A stretch of 64,000 nucleotides of DNA from Eledone cirrhosa. Its lineage: Eukaryota. The position numbers and the translations under genes were made by a program. Below, piece by piece: positions 50,720 to 63,769 of the stretch. Below the pieces are notes generated by a model. It worked only from the letters and a program-made list of their open reading frames with translations. It was not told the origin of the DNA and did not search any database. Numbering within the stretch: position 1 is the stretch's first letter; every line of letters starts with the position of its first letter. The DNA lies in NCBI GenBank assembly GCA_964016885.1, contig OZ024757.1, positions 7,502,001 to 7,566,000 of the forward strand, written 5' to 3'.

Positions 50720-51480
50720 ACAAGAGAATTATTTACCACAGACACCACAATGATATGGTTCCTCTCCTGTATATGTTAGTGTGTAGTGAAGTCACAACAT
50801 TTAGAGAATGATTTATCACAGACACCACGGGGATATGGTTCCTCTCCTGTATATGTTAGTGTGTAGGCAGGCCACAACATTTAGAGTATGATTTATCACA
50901 GACATCACAGGGATATGGTTCCTTTCCTGTATATTAGTGTGTAGTGAAGCCACAACATTTAGAGAATGATTTACTACAGACATCACAGTGATATGGTTCC
51001 TCTCCTGTATATTAGTGTCTAGTTAAACCACAACATTTAGAGAATGATTTATCACAGTGATATGGTTCCTCTCCTGTATGTTAGTGTTTAGTGAAACCAA
51101 AACATATAGAGAAGGATTTACCACAGACATCACAGTGATATAGTTCTTCTCCTGTATGTTAGTGTCTAGTGAAACCAAAATTAGAAAATGATTTACATGG
51201 GCTCACGGTGTATATGACAAAGGACCGTGACAAGTGGAGAGATGCTGTGTTGAATAGGATTCATCCCACCCTTGCAAGCAGGGAAAAGCAGACGTAAAAT
51301 GATGATGATGATATGTTTTCCCTCATCTATGCATATATTTAGTTAAATTGCTGCATTAAAAGATATATTTTCCAAACATATCAAAGTGATATGGCTTCCC
51401 ACCTGTATATATTTGTGTTAATGTAGCATTGAAAGAGAATGATTTACCATAGATATTACACTGATATATATTTGTATTCT
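50720..51480 (-). pseudogene. Decayed zinc-finger repeats in the ZNF 3'UTR, interrupted by an RTE tail (~51200-51311)
   Basis: ACAGGAGAGGAACCATAT linker-derived units with ~78-80-bp period; AATAAA on the minus strand at ~50622. Confidence 0.8.
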
Positions 51481-51525
51481 CATTAATTCACAATTTTGCG
51501 AGGATTTATCACTGATGTCAATTCG

Positions 51526-53472
51526 TTAAGATTTCTCCTCTGCATGTATGAGTTTGTGAGTAGTTAGGCTACTTTCCCCAGAGAATGATTTACCACAGAT
51601 ATCACAGTGGTATGGCTTCTCTCCTGTATGTATATGTTTGTGTCTAGTTAAGGTACTACTTTGAGAGAATGATTTACCACAGATATCACAGTGGTACGGC
51701 TTGTCTCCTGTATGGGTATGTTTGTGTTTAGTTAAGGTACTACTATCAGAGAATGATTTACCACAGATATCACAGCGATATGGCTTCTCACCTGTATGTA
51801 TTCGTTTGTGTAAAGTTAAGTGACCACTTTGAGAGAATGATTTACCACAGCTATCACAGTGGTATGGCTTGTCTCCTGTATGGGTATGTATGTGTTTAGT
51901 TAAGGTACTACTATCAGAGAATGATTTACCACAGATATCACAGTGGTATGGCTTGTCTCCTGTATGTATACGTTTGTGGGAAGTCAAGTGACTACTTCGG
52001 GAGAATGATTTACCACAGATATCACAGCGATATGGCTTGTTTCCTGTATGTATACGTTTGTGGGAAGTTAAGTGACTACTTCGAGAGAATGATTTACCAC
52101 AGATATCACAGTGAAATGGCTTGTCTCCTGTATGTATACGTTTGTGGGAAGTTAAGTGACTACTTCGAGAGAATGATTTACCACAGATATCACAGCGATA
52201 TGGCTTGTCTCCTGTATGTATATGTTTGTGGCTAGTTAAGGTACTACTTAATGAGAATGATTTACCACAGATATCACAATGATATGGCTTGTCTCCTGTA
52301 TGGGTACGTTTGTGTTTAGTTAAGGTACTACTATCAGAGAATGATTTACCACAGATATCACAGTGATATGGCTTCTCTCCTGTATGCATATGTTTGTGTC
52401 TAGTTAACTTACTACTTAATGAGAATGATTTACCACAGATATCACAGTGATATGGCTTGTCTCCTGTATGGGTACGTTTGTGTCTAGTTAAGGTACTACT
52501 ATCAGAGAATGATTTACCACAGATATCACAGTGGTATGGCTTCTCTCCTGTATGCATATGTTTGTGTCTAGTTAACTTACTACTTAATGAGAATGATTTA
52601 CCACAGATATCACAGTGATATGGCTTGTCTCCTGTATGGGTACGTTTGTGTCTAGTTAAGGTACTACTATCAGAGAATGATTTACCACAGATATCACAGT
52701 GGTATGGCTTCTCTCCTGTATGTATATATTTGTGTCTAGTTAACTTACTACTCTCAGAGAATGATTTACCACAGATATCACAGTGGTATGGCTTGTCTCC
52801 TGTATGCATACGTTTGTGGCTAGTTAAGGAACTACTCTCAGAGAAAGATTTACCACAGATATCACAGTGATATGACATATACCCTGTATGTATACGCAGG
52901 TGTGTAGTCAAGGTACTACTTTTATTGAATGATTTACCACAGATATCACAGTGATATGTCCTCTGTCCTGTATGTATACGTTTATGTCTAGTTAAGTGAC
53001 TACTTTGAGAGAATGATTTACCACAGATGTCACAGTGGTATGGCTTGTCTCCTGTATGGGTACGTAAGTGTTTAGTTAATGCATCACTTCGAGGGAATGT
53101 TTTACCACAGATATCACAGTGATATGGCTTCTCACCTGTATGTAAATGGTTGTGAGTAGTTAAGGTACTACTTTTAGTGAATGATTTACCACAGATATCA
53201 CAGTGATATGGCTTCTCACCTGTAGGTAAATGGTTGTGACTAGTTAGGCTACTTTTCCCAGAGATTGATTTACTACAGATATTACAGTGATATGGTTTGT
53301 CACCTGTATGTATAACTTTGTGAGTAGTTAAGGTACTACGTATATTGAATGATTTACCACAGATATTGCAGTGATATGCTTTCTCTTCTCCAACCTTTGT
53401 CATCTCGCCCGGAATACTAAACATTTTCGATTGTGTTTCGCATTTAACCTTTTCACTCAATTTATTTTCCAT
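51526..53472 (-). CDS. Tandem C2H2 zinc-finger protein (648 aa, 22 fingers, finger 2 degenerate, no recognisable effector domain)
   Basis: Uninterrupted ORF with TG(D/E)KPY linkers; upstream acceptor ctttcttatttcag| at ~53650. Confidence 0.96.
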   Translation of the reverse strand: MENKLSEKVKCETQSKMFSIPGEMTKVGEEKAYHCNICGKSFNIRSTLTTHKVIHTGDKPYHCNICSKSISGKSSLTSHNHLPTGEKPYHCDICGKSFTKSSTLTTHNHLHTGEKPYHCDICGKTFPRSDALTKHLRTHTGDKPYHCDICGKSFSQSSHLTRHKRIHTGQRTYHCDICGKSFNKSSTLTTHLRIHTGYMSYHCDICGKSFSESSSLTSHKRMHTGDKPYHCDICGKSFSESSKLTRHKYIHTGEKPYHCDICGKSFSDSSTLTRHKRTHTGDKPYHCDICGKSFSLSSKLTRHKHMHTGEKPYHCDICGKSFSDSSTLTRHKRTHTGDKPYHCDICGKSFSLSSKLTRHKHMHTGEKPYHCDICGKSFSDSSTLTKHKRTHTGDKPYHCDICGKSFSLSSTLTSHKHIHTGDKPYRCDICGKSFSRSSHLTSHKRIHTGDKPFHCDICGKSFSRSSHLTSHKRIHTGNKPYRCDICGKSFSRSSHLTSHKRIHTGDKPYHCDICGKSFSDSSTLTKHIHTHTGDKPYHCDSCGKSFSQSGHLTLHKRIHTGEKPYRCDICGKSFSDSSTLTKHKHTHTGDKPYHCDICGKSFSQSSTLTRHKHIHTGEKPYHCDICGKSFSGESSLTTHKLIHAEEKS

Positions 53473-53572
53473 AATAATTTTATCTCCAACAGAATATACT
53501 TGTAATATTTTTTAGATTATATTCCTAAAAAATATATCTTCTATATTTCCCTCAACTGTGATTTCAGTTAAT

Positions 53573-54032
53573 AGTCTTCAAATGATGATAAATAGAGGTG
53601 ATGTATTCGAGATTGAAAATAATAATTTATCCTAATGTCATCTAGTATTCTGAAATAAGAAAGAAACAGTATGAGATAATAGAGAATACTTAAGAAGCAG
53701 AGATAGATTTAACAGTGGAAATTTTATATTTCTATATTGGTAGACTGTAGATATCAACTTTCCTGTCCAGAGTAATTCTCTCCAATGCAAACAGTGGTAT
53801 TCCAGCATGCTCTATAAATGTTATCCTTCTATCTCTAGAGAAGTCTGCTCTATGGCAGTTTAGTGAAAAATTCCTTCTGATAGGACTCTCTAACATAGCT
53901 ATTATCTACTCTCCTGGTGACATGACAACACCAGTTTAACTTCCATCTTTTTATTAGTAGGAGTCAATTGTTCCTCTACATCTTTTTCTTACTTCTTTTC
54001 TATCTTCCTCTGGGGGAAATCGGCTGTGTTTA
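53573..54032. repeat. 460-bp inverted duplication, arm A (spans the putative ZNF 3' splice site)
   Basis: Reverse complement of 56612-57071 with only a handful of mismatches. Confidence 0.95.
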
Positions 54033-55152
54033 TCCTTTGCAGTTGCTGCCCATGTCTTACTACCATGCAGCATCGCACATCGGCATCATATAACCATCCT
54101 TTCGTATGCAGGGACAAACCCTTCTTTGTCAACAGAGGAAGCAGCTCCCTAGACTTCTTCCAACCCATCCTTATTCTAGATACAATGGCCTCGGAACACC
54201 CCTCCCATGCTAATCTGATCACCTAGGTACCGGAAGCTATCAACCACATCTATAGAACCCACCTGTATTTGAAAAATGTGTTTATCACTGCGATTACTAC
54301 TGCCAACTTTCCCTGTACATCTACTGCATACATAGTTATCCCTACCTGTTGGTTTGCCTGCTATCCCACTACATCTCTTGTGTACCCAACATCTGCATTG
54401 CGTACATTTTATGGAATTTATGCCAGTTCCTTTCCCACATATCGAACATGGCCATTTCCACGATGGAATCAGAGTTTTGTCCTCTTTTCTACTCATCAAC
54501 ACTTTTGTTTAAGCTATGTTCACTCTCAGGCCTCCTGATTCCAACTGCTGTTTCCATAGCCAGAATTTATTCTCTAACCCCTCTACTGATTCGCTGATTC
54601 TGCTATAAGAACCAGATCATCAGCATAGAGAAGTTCCCATGGGCATCCAGTCTTAAACTCCTCTGTTATGGCTTTTAGGCCTATAACGAACAAGAGTAGG
54701 CTGAGGACCGAACCTTGACGTACACCTACTTGTATCTGGAATTCCTCACTAAACTCCATTCCTACCCTCACTTTACTGACAGCACCCCTGTACATAGCTA
54801 GCACTGTCCTCACAAGCCATTCCTCTACACCTAGTTTCCTTAGGGACCACCAGATGACAGATCAGGGTACCCTATCAAAGACCCTCTCTAGGTCAATAAA
54901 AGATATGTATAGTGACTTATTCTTCTCTAAGAACCTCCTTGTAGTTGCCTCACTATGAAGAGGGTTTCTGTTGTACTTTTCCGAGGCACAAAACCAAACT
55001 GCATCTCATCTAAATTGACCCTTTCTCTAATCAGCTGCGCTAATATTCTCTCTGCCACTTTCATACCCTGATCCATCAGCTTTATGCCCCTATAATTGCT
55101 CCTCTCTAGAGCATCCCCTTTACCTTTGTAGCAATTTATGAGAATACTGCTG
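54030..55152 (-). mobile_element. RTE LINE, 5' part of a copy split by inversion
   Basis: RT motifs to ...HGS.TWA.TA.D, where it stops at the arm A junction. Confidence 0.9.
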
Positions 55153-55209
55153 TACCTACATTATATGCTTTCATTATACCATTCTATTTAGATTATATAT
55201 ATTGATTGT

Positions 55210-55665
55210 CATCATCATCATCGTTTAACGTCTACCTTCCACGCTGGCATGGGTTTATATGGGAATTGTCCCACTTGGGGCAAGATTGGTCGGGTGACCG
55301 TATCTCACTTGTATAGGACTAGATGGCGGGTTTTCTATGGCTGGATATCCTTCCTAACACCAACCCCTTTTACAGTGTGGACTGGGAGGTTTTTACCATG
55401 TTACCTACACGGCCACATTACAGCGTGGACTGTGTGTTTTTTTGTCGTGACACCTACATGATCTCATTTATTTAGGACTGGATGTTGTGGTACCAACATA
55501 ACTTTACAGAGATAGGGTGGTGTTGATGGGGTGGAATAGGGGTAGTGGGATGTATATTTGGTTAAGAGGTGCCTACTGACTGTAGGTTTCGCTATGTACA
55601 TAGGCAAGGCGGATCTTCTGTATTACTGAGTAGCGCCAAAGATCTCGGTCCAGTGACATTGTCTT
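55210..55665 (-). mobile_element. RTE 3'UTR/tail
   Basis: Homologous to ~43068-43505. Confidence 0.88.
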
Positions 55666-55693
55666 AATGTATATATATATATATACACACAAT

Positions 55694-55724
<31 letters not shown>

Positions 55725-55973
55725 GTGTGTGTGTTAAACTGTTTATATACCCGCATTATTCAACCTGCCCTTTGTTTTGAAGAAAAAGCCTTTAGTAAGT
55801 TGCAGTGGTAGTAGCATCCTGAACCTTTTCCATTCCATGTTCACTCAGGCTGCTCTACTTTCAGAACACCCCCCCCCCCCCCTCCACTGATTGTATCATC
55901 ACCCAGGTAACAGAAGCTGTCTACCTCTTCTATGTGACCCTCCAACAGTTTGTTAGGGCTTGTTTCCTGTGAA

Positions 55974-56187
55974 GGCGTGTGGCTGAGTGGTTAGAGAATT
56001 GGATTCGCAATCGTGAGGTTGTGAGTTTGATTCACCGACCGGGTGATGTGTTATGTCTTTGAGCAAGACATTTTATTTCACATTACTCCTTCTACCTGGA
56101 GTTGTGACTGATAGGTAGTATTAGCAATTGGAAAGACCAATGGAAACATTGTTTCCTCGGTCCAATTTGACGAAAGTCAATCGTTGC
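55974..56187 (+). mobile_element. SINE family 3 inserted in an RTE fragment (~55780-56400, minus)
   Basis: TSD TTCCTGTGAA at 55964-55973 and 56188-56197. Confidence 0.88.
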
Positions 56188-56611
56188 TTCCTGTGAATGT
56201 TTGCTGCCTACTGCTCCTGTGCAATGGCCACATGTAAAACCTATATTCTTAGCTAACCTACCTGAGATCCCACTACATCTCTTGTGTACCCATTGTTTGT
56301 ATTTTGGACAGAGAATGGAATTTCTACCTACACCTTTCTAGCACACAGAGCAAGGCCATTTTTCTGAGGGGATCAGGGCTCTGTTTTCCCTTCTACTGAT
56401 ACTTGGCTGGCTAACCCAGATCTAGTCCTCAACAAATGAAACACTAGTGGAGTCGTAGGGGTACACTAAGTGACATACAGTATTTCTCAGGCATATTTAA
56501 AAACCTGATCGAGCCCATCACCTCTCTCGTTTGAACAGAATTGAGATCTGAATAAAACTTCAAGTGAAATCAGATATTGTATGGATTCATATAGACTCGT
56601 AACTCCTGGTC

Positions 56612-57071
56612 TAAACACAGCCGATTTCTCCCAGAGGAAGATAGAAAAGAAGTAAGAAAAAGATGTAGAGGAACAATTGACTCCTACTAATAAAAAGATG
56701 GAAGTTAAACTGGTGTTGTCATGTCACCAGGAGAGGAGATAATAGCTATGTTAGAGAGTCCTATCAGAAGGAATTTTTCACTAAACTGCCATAGAGCAGA
56801 CTTCTCTAGAGATAGAAGGATAACATTTATAGAGCATGCTGGAATACCACTGTTTGCATTGGAGAGAATTACTCTGGACAGGAAAGTTGATATCTACAGT
56901 CTACCAATATAGAAATATAAAATTTCCACTGTTAAATCTATCTCTGCTTCTTAAGTATTCTCTATTATCTCATACTGTTTCTTTCTTATTTCAGAATACC
57001 AGATGACATTGGGATAAATTATTATTTTCAATCTCGGATACATCACCTCTATTTATCATCATTTGAAGACT
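56612..57071. repeat. 460-bp inverted duplication, arm A'
   Basis: See 53573-54032. Confidence 0.95.
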
Positions 57072-57383
57072 GGAGAGAAGCAAGCATGCTCCGTTGGATG
57101 TGCAATGTCAATGTGTGTGAACGACCAAGCATAGACGAGTTGAGAAAGAAACTGGGTATTAGAGGGATAAGTTGTGGTGTGCAGGAGAGAAGACTGAGAT
57201 GGTATGGACATGTGACCACTGGGTAAAGAAGTGCCAAATAATCCCAGTAGTAGGAAGACGCAGAAGAGGTAGACCACGTAAAACATTGGCGGAGGTGGTG
57301 AGAGAAGACCTCAGATTGCTGAAACTCACCGAGGAGATGACAAGTGGAGAGATGCTGTGCTGAATAGGACCTGTCCCACCCTT
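57067..57383 (+). mobile_element. RTE LINE, 3' part of the split copy
   Basis: Starts at RLER..ASMLRWMC, where the 54030-55152 fragment ends. Confidence 0.88.
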
Positions 57384-57509
57384 ATACTATATACTAGTAT
57401 TCCAGTGTTTAGGGAGAGACCGATAACATTGTTAGAACACATTGCAGCCTTGAAGAGCTGGTTTCAACAAGATTGGGTGATGAAAGTTATAGTTTTTGTA
57501 GTAGGATCT

Positions 57510-57900
57510 TATCACATAAGGTTTCTTCAAAGATTCTTCTAGAGTTACAGTCATTTATATATATATGTGTGTGTTTTGAACAATGAAAGTAAAACTAGAG
57601 ATAAAGATATGTTCTTAATTAGTTCATTGTTTTACGATCATTTCAGAGATTTGATTGATCATGGTAGATTGATATATTGACAAACAGGTAGTTGTTATGT
57701 CACTAACTATTTCTAGTCTCAAAATCCCTGATCAATCACACCGTATCAATATATTGATTTACCATGATCAATCAACCCTCTGAAACGATTGTAAAACAAT
57801 GAACCATATCTCAGACTTTTGTTTTATTTTCAATGTTCAATACCCACAAACACACATATATAATTGACAATTTCTTTGGAATAATTTATAAGACTTGTGG
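57510..57900. mobile_element. Imperfect fold-back/MITE-like element
   Basis: 57622-57679 pairs with 57746-57804; the right end recurs at ~58477-58560. Confidence 0.65.
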
Positions 57901-57965
57901 CTGGAACAAAGTACCAGCCAGACAGAGGGTGACCTAGTGGTGAAACAGCACAGTAGATAGAGCTA

Positions 57966-58181
57966 TTAACCCTGTAGCATTTACATTACTCTATATTTAC
58001 TATTATATTTTCATGGTAAAGTCTTTATCTCACATAATATTGAATCTATGAGACTTTGATATTACTTATTTTGAGGACAATACATTAACATCAATATGAG
58101 CAGCGAGTTACAGCCGGTTTGAACAGAAAGAAGTGAGAGAATTCTGACTGGATACGGCCAGTTTAAATGATAAAGGGTTAA
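57966..58181. mobile_element. TTAA-flanked MITE (same family as 22735-22964, opposite orientation)
   Basis: TTAACCCTGTAGCATTT...AAATGATAAAGGGTTAA. Confidence 0.85.
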
Positions 58182-58184
58182 AGA

Positions 58185-59575
58185 CAAGTGACAGGCATGG
58201 AAAGACTGGAAAAATAGGGGCGTCAGACCAGGAGCAGGTAGCTAAGAGAGAAGCTAGAAGACAGGTATACATAACACAGAGAGAGGCTGAAAAAAGAAAG
58301 TTTGCCAACGTATTGAGACATGAGAATCAGAGGTGTGAAGTGTTCCACATTGCAAGACAGGGAAAGGTGTGTTAGAAATGACATTGGTACACTTTTCACC
58401 ACTGATGCTCAAAAGAAAGAGGCCTTGAAATGTTACTATGAGAGATTGATGAATGCAGAGAATAAATTAAGAAGCAATCTTAGACTTTTGTTTTATGTTC
58501 ATTGTTCAACACACACACACATATAATTGACATTCTCTTTGGAATTACTGATGAAACTTGTTAGTGACACAACGACAAGAGAGGTTCCTAGCCAAGATTA
58601 AGCTGCAATATTTAGCTTTTATAGATCTAGAAAAGGCCTTTGACAGAGTACCTTACTCTATTATCTGGTGGTCCTTCAGAAAATTAGGTGGAGAATGGCT
58701 TTTGAGAGCAGTGCAAGCCTTGTACAGAGGAGCTGTCAGTAAAGCGAGAGTAGGAAGGGAGTTTAGTGAAGAATTCAATGTACAGGTAGGTGTTCATCGT
58801 GGTTCAGTTCACAACCCACTGCTGTTCATCATAGTTCTCCAGGCCATAACCAATGAGTTTAAGACTGGCTGTTCATGAGAAAAGGTCTATGTGAATGATC
58901 TCGTCCTTATAGCTGAATCCATAAAAGAACTAGAGAATAAGTGACCCTACTGCATATGTAGGAAAGAAGTAGGCATAAACTGTACACAATGGTAGCTTCC
59001 GCTATCTAGGTAACCTAATTAGCAGCAGAGGAGGGTGCCTCGTAAGAGAGGATAGGACTGAAGTTTAGAGAGCTACTTCCACTGTTGGCAAATAAAGTTT
59101 CTCCCTACGTACAAAGATGTTGGCTGTACAATGCCTGTGTGTAAAGTGCAATACTGCATGGAAGTGAAACAAGGGCAGTAACTGCAGAAGACATGCATAA
59201 GCTGGAGAGAAATTGAGCAACTATGCTTCGTTGGATGTGCAACGTAAATGTGAGAGGAAGGCAGAGCTTGGATAAATTGATGAAGAATTTGGACTTCAGC
59301 GGAAACCGAAGTGGTGTGCAAGAGAGAAGACTGCTTTGGTAGGGATATGTGATATGCATGGATGGTGATCACTGGTTAAAGAAGTGCCACGGAATACCAG
59401 AAGAGGGAAGCCGTACTAGAGGGAGACCAGGGTAGATGTGGTGAGAGTTGATCTCAAATTGCTGAGACTCACTGAGAAAATGACGAAGGAACAAGCGAGT
59501 GGGGAGATGCTGTGCTTAAAAGGACCCATCCAACCCATGCCAGGACTTAAAAACGTACGTAAAACTATGATGATG
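58185..59575 (+). mobile_element. Old RTE LINE fragments
   Basis: AFIDLEKAFDRV, GVHRGSV, C-terminal remnants, tail. Confidence 0.85.
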
Positions 59576-59634
59576 TAAATTATATCAAAATAGATTTAGA
59601 CTAAAAGGAACAAAACTTCCCTGAAACAACAACA

Positions 59635-59835
59635 AGGTACAGCTAAATATAAACTATATTATATAATGTAAGGTAGTGAACAAGATAATTAAATAAACGG
59701 AGGTAATTTAAATAATAAAGATATCTTTAATTTACTTAAAGCAATAACATGGTACAGCTAAATATAAACTATATTTTATAATGTAAGGTAGTGAACAAGA
59801 GAATTAAATAGACGGAGGTAATTTAAATAATAAAG
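59635..59835. repeat. Tandem duplication (~85-bp unit, period ~116)
   Basis: GGTACAGCTAAATATAAAC...TTAAATAATAAAGA twice. Confidence 0.85.
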
Positions 59836-59971
59836 ACAGTCATGATAACAATATATTTTATATCACATGTAACAGTGGAATCTGGTAAATTACTGGATCG
59901 TTGTAAGGTTCACATAATTATATTATTTACACACATTAATATAGACATTAAGTAAATCTTTGTCAACTTAC

Positions 59972-60170
59972 CTCCTTCACATATAATCAATGTGTTGTGT
60001 TGTTAGTTGTTACTAAACAACCAAAGAAATAATCTCTTTGTTATCAAATTAGAAGTTTCAATGTTATCAGCTTTATTTCACGACATTAACGTTGGTGTAT
60101 CTTCTTCATCTTTAGTCATAAATTGATATCTTGTCAGAATGAAGTAGTGAGGCTGACTTTATGTCTTTAG
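59972..60170 (-). other. Putative non-coding 5'UTR exon 2 of the 22-finger ZNF
   Basis: AG/GT sites conserved with 41680-41878; lies upstream of the 53650 acceptor. Confidence 0.55.
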
Positions 60171-60977
60171 CTACAGATTAGATAGGAAATATATATATAT
60201 TAGGTTGATATGTGGTCTAAAATATATATATTGTCTATAAATGACTGATAGCAGATGTTCTGGTGAAATAGTAGTTTTACTACTACAGATTGTAATGGAA
60301 CTCCTAGTAGACACAATTGTAAAGTAAGAATAGATATGACAGTGTAAGACTGATGTCGGGGAGAAAAAAAAAACTGTGTGTGTATATATATATATATATA
60401 TATAATTGTTACACAAGATATAATTAGATTGAGAAGGCAACAGGTACTCGATATCGTTGGAAATGATTTAACTCCCTTACCGGTGTCATTAGTTAAAAGT
60501 CCCTGATATAATTTAATACGTTCAGACAGTTCCAATCGTATTTAACCGATAGTAAATGAAAAGGAATCACTCAGTAAAATATCAATTATATATCGATGTA
60601 GTGTCTCTGACTGCTAGAAATAGCAGTGAAATTATCCATTACAGACTTTTCTTTCTTTAAACTCTTACGTTTAGTAGATGTTTGTGTTGAGAATGTGTGT
60701 ATTTGTGTATTGTATGACGGAAGTCACCATTGAAGATGTTAAAAGCAATGTTGTGGAAAATAGCATCGTACGACTTTATAATTGTTTATATATAATTTAT
60801 TTACAGATTACAAAGGTTAGAAGAATGTCTCTTGAGAGGATAGTTAATGTTATCAATAAAAAGGTTATAAAGATTTAAAGACGTACGGTCAACTGGCTGA
60901 GGCGTTAGCCAGACCTGTAGAGATATCTGTTACTACATATTGTCTATGCTTGAGGAACGAAAGCAAGAGATGTTTAC

Positions 60978-61155
60978 CTTCACGGTGTCGAACTGCAAGA
61001 GAGAGAGTTTCGAATCTCCGCAGGAATTTTTCCTTCTGGGCGGAGGTCGAGATACATTTTCCTACGCTGGTAGCGATTGGCTGAACTGAGCCAAACAACG
61101 CACAGAGAATGTATCCATGAGCCCTCGGAATGTAGGTCACTACAATACCCTCCAT
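60978..61155 (-). promoter_or_regulatory. Putative promoter/first exon of the 22-finger ZNF
   Basis: ACTACAATACCC at 61139-61150, CCAAT at 61076-61080, GGGCGG at ~61038, donor at 60977. Confidence 0.55.
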
Positions 61156-61274
61156 TTAGTCTGCAAGACGTTATATAAGATTGAATCAGCAGGAAAAAGG
61201 CTTAAAGAGAGGACATCAATGAATATATATATATATGTATATATATATGTATGTATATATGATATATATATGTA

Positions 61275-62142
61275 CAGGTGTGGACGATATTTGGTCGCAA
61301 TTTTCAACTACTAATTTTATGCAAATTTCTTTTACTTCCGTTGTCACTCTTGTCCTCATAAAAACAGTGACTATATTTCCATTATTTATTTTCAGAATAA
61401 TTGATTATGAATAATTTTGAACCTCCAAATTTGTGGAAGAGACACGGAGTTCTTCTTGGAATCAGCGCCGGGAGGACAAATAAGACCAGAAAATCAACTC
61501 CCAGAACAACAGGTGGCTCGCTGTCTCATCCAAAGACGTGCCCAGAGTCATACAGATAAAGTTTCCACCGACAACATTGGTATTAGGTGTCGTCAGCAGT
61601 CAAGGTGACGTAATGCCACCTGACTGCTTCCCTGAGGGTCTCAAGCTGAACACCGATGGCTACATTCGCGTTCTGAGCGAGGTAGTAAAGCCCTGGATCA
61701 ACCAGGTAGGGCATACGTGTGGCTGCAAGACTCAGCGCCCTGCCATACCAGCCAAAAGGTCCAAGCCTGGCTGTCAGAGAACTTCATCGACCTCACCTCC
61801 CCTGACATCTGCCCTCCCAGCTTACCTGACTGCAATCCTCTCGACTTCTTTGTGTGGGGCACAGTGGAATGAGGCACCAACAGATCCAGCTGCAATACCA
61901 AAGACGATCTGAAGGCCAGGATCACAAGTGCCTTTAGGGGCCTAAGTAAGGGGACAGTGACGAAGGCCTTTAGCCGGTTTCGAGGCCGTCATCAAAGCCA
62001 ATGGCAGGGTTATCGAGTGAGATTGAAAGAACAAGTCATGAAGACAAACTGACCCAAGTTTGATAAATAAATCTTAAAAAACAAAACTATTGTTATTTTT
62101 TCCTAGACAGTAATCTTGCGAATAATTATCGTCCGCACCCTG
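61275..62142 (+). mobile_element. Tc1/mariner DD37D relic, paralog of 45671-46530
   Basis: TA-CAGGTGTGGACGAT...ATCGTCCGCACCCTG-TA; PDCNPLDF. Confidence 0.85.
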
Positions 62143-62225
62143 TATGTATACATATATAATATATGATATATAATATATATATACTTTGTTCATACTGCCT
62201 CTCTGTTTTGTTCCCGTTCAATTTT

Positions 62226-62270
<45 letters not shown>

Positions 62271-62282
62271 GTGTGTATATAT

Positions 62283-63769
62283 AAAAAGGGGATGCTCTGG
62301 AGAGGAACAATTATAGGGGTATAAAACTGATGGATCGGGTTATGAAAGTGGCAGAAAGGATATTAGCACAACTGATTAGAGAAAGGGTCAAACTTGATGA
62401 AATGCAGTTTGGTTTTGTGCCTGGGAAGAGAACAACAGATGCCCTCTTCTTGGTGAGACAATTGCAAGAGAGGTTCTTAGAGAAGAATAAGTCACTATAC
62501 TTAGCCTTTGTTGACCTAGAGAAGGCCTTTTGATAGGGTGCCCCGATCTGACATCTGGTGGTCCCTAAGGAAACTTGCTGTTGTGGAATGGCTTGTAAGG
62601 ACAGTGCAAACTATGTACATGGGTGCTGTCAGTAAAGACAGAGTAGGAATGGAGTTTAGTGAGGAATTCCAGATATAAGTAGGAGTACATCAAGGTTCGG
62701 TCCTCAGCCCGCTCTTGTTCATTATAGTCCTCCAAGCCATAACAGAGGAGTTTAAGACTGGCTGTCCATGGGAACTTCTCTATGCTGACGATCTGGTTCT
62801 TATAGCAGAATCAGTAGAGTTGCTAGAGAATAAATTCTGGCTATGGAAACAGCAGTTGGAAGCAAGAGGACTGAGAGTGAACCTAGCTAAGACAAAAGTG
62901 TTGATGAGTAGAAAACAGGACAAAACTCTGATTCCGTCAGGGAAATGGCCATGTTCGATATGCAGAAAAGGAACTGGCATAAATTCTATAAAATGCACAC
63001 AATGCAGATCCTGGGTACACAAGAGATGTAGCGGGATAGCAGGCAAACTAACAGGTAGGGAGAAATATGTATGCAGTAGATGTACAGGGAAAGTTGGCAG
63101 TAGTAATCGTAGTGATAGACACATTTTTCAAATACAGTTGGGTTCTATAGAAGTGGTGGATAGCCTCCGGTACCTAGGAGATCAGATTAGCATGGGAGGA
63201 GTGTGTTCCGAGGCCATAGTATCTAGAATAAGGACGGGTTGGAAGAAGTTTAGGGAGCTGATTCCTCTGCTGAAGAAGGTTTTCTCCCTGCGTATGAAAG
63301 GCCGGTTGTATGATGCCTGTGTGAGGAGCGCGATGCTGCATGGTAGTGAGACATGTCAGCAAATGCAGAGGATATGCTACGGCAGAAGAGAAATGAGGCA
63401 AGCATGCTCAGTTGGATGTGCAGTGTATATGTGCTTGAACAACCCAGCATAAATGTGTTGAGAGAGAAACTTTGTCTGAGAGGGATAGAATGTAGTGTAC
63501 GGGAGAGGAGACTGAGGTGGTATGGACATGTGATGAGCATGGAGGATGACTGATGGGTGAAGAAGTGCCAGGAAATGCCAGTTGAAGGAAGACGTGGTAG
63601 AGGTAGACCACGAAAAACATGGGCGGAGGTGGTGAGAACAGACCTCAGATGATTGAAGCTCACTATGGAGATGACGAAGGACCGTGACGAGTGGAGAGAT
63701 GCTGTGCTGAATAAGAGCCGTCCCACCCTTGTAAGCAGGGAAAAGCGAACGTAAAATGATGATGATGAT
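62283..63769 (+). mobile_element. RTE LINE, paralog of 46587-47998
   Basis: RT motifs and (GAT)n tail; an opposite-strand RTE tail follows at ~63785-64000. Confidence 0.93.

Noticed and set aside
51921-52870. Plus-strand ORFs overlapping the ZNF
   Set aside because: Antisense shadows of the periodic finger array
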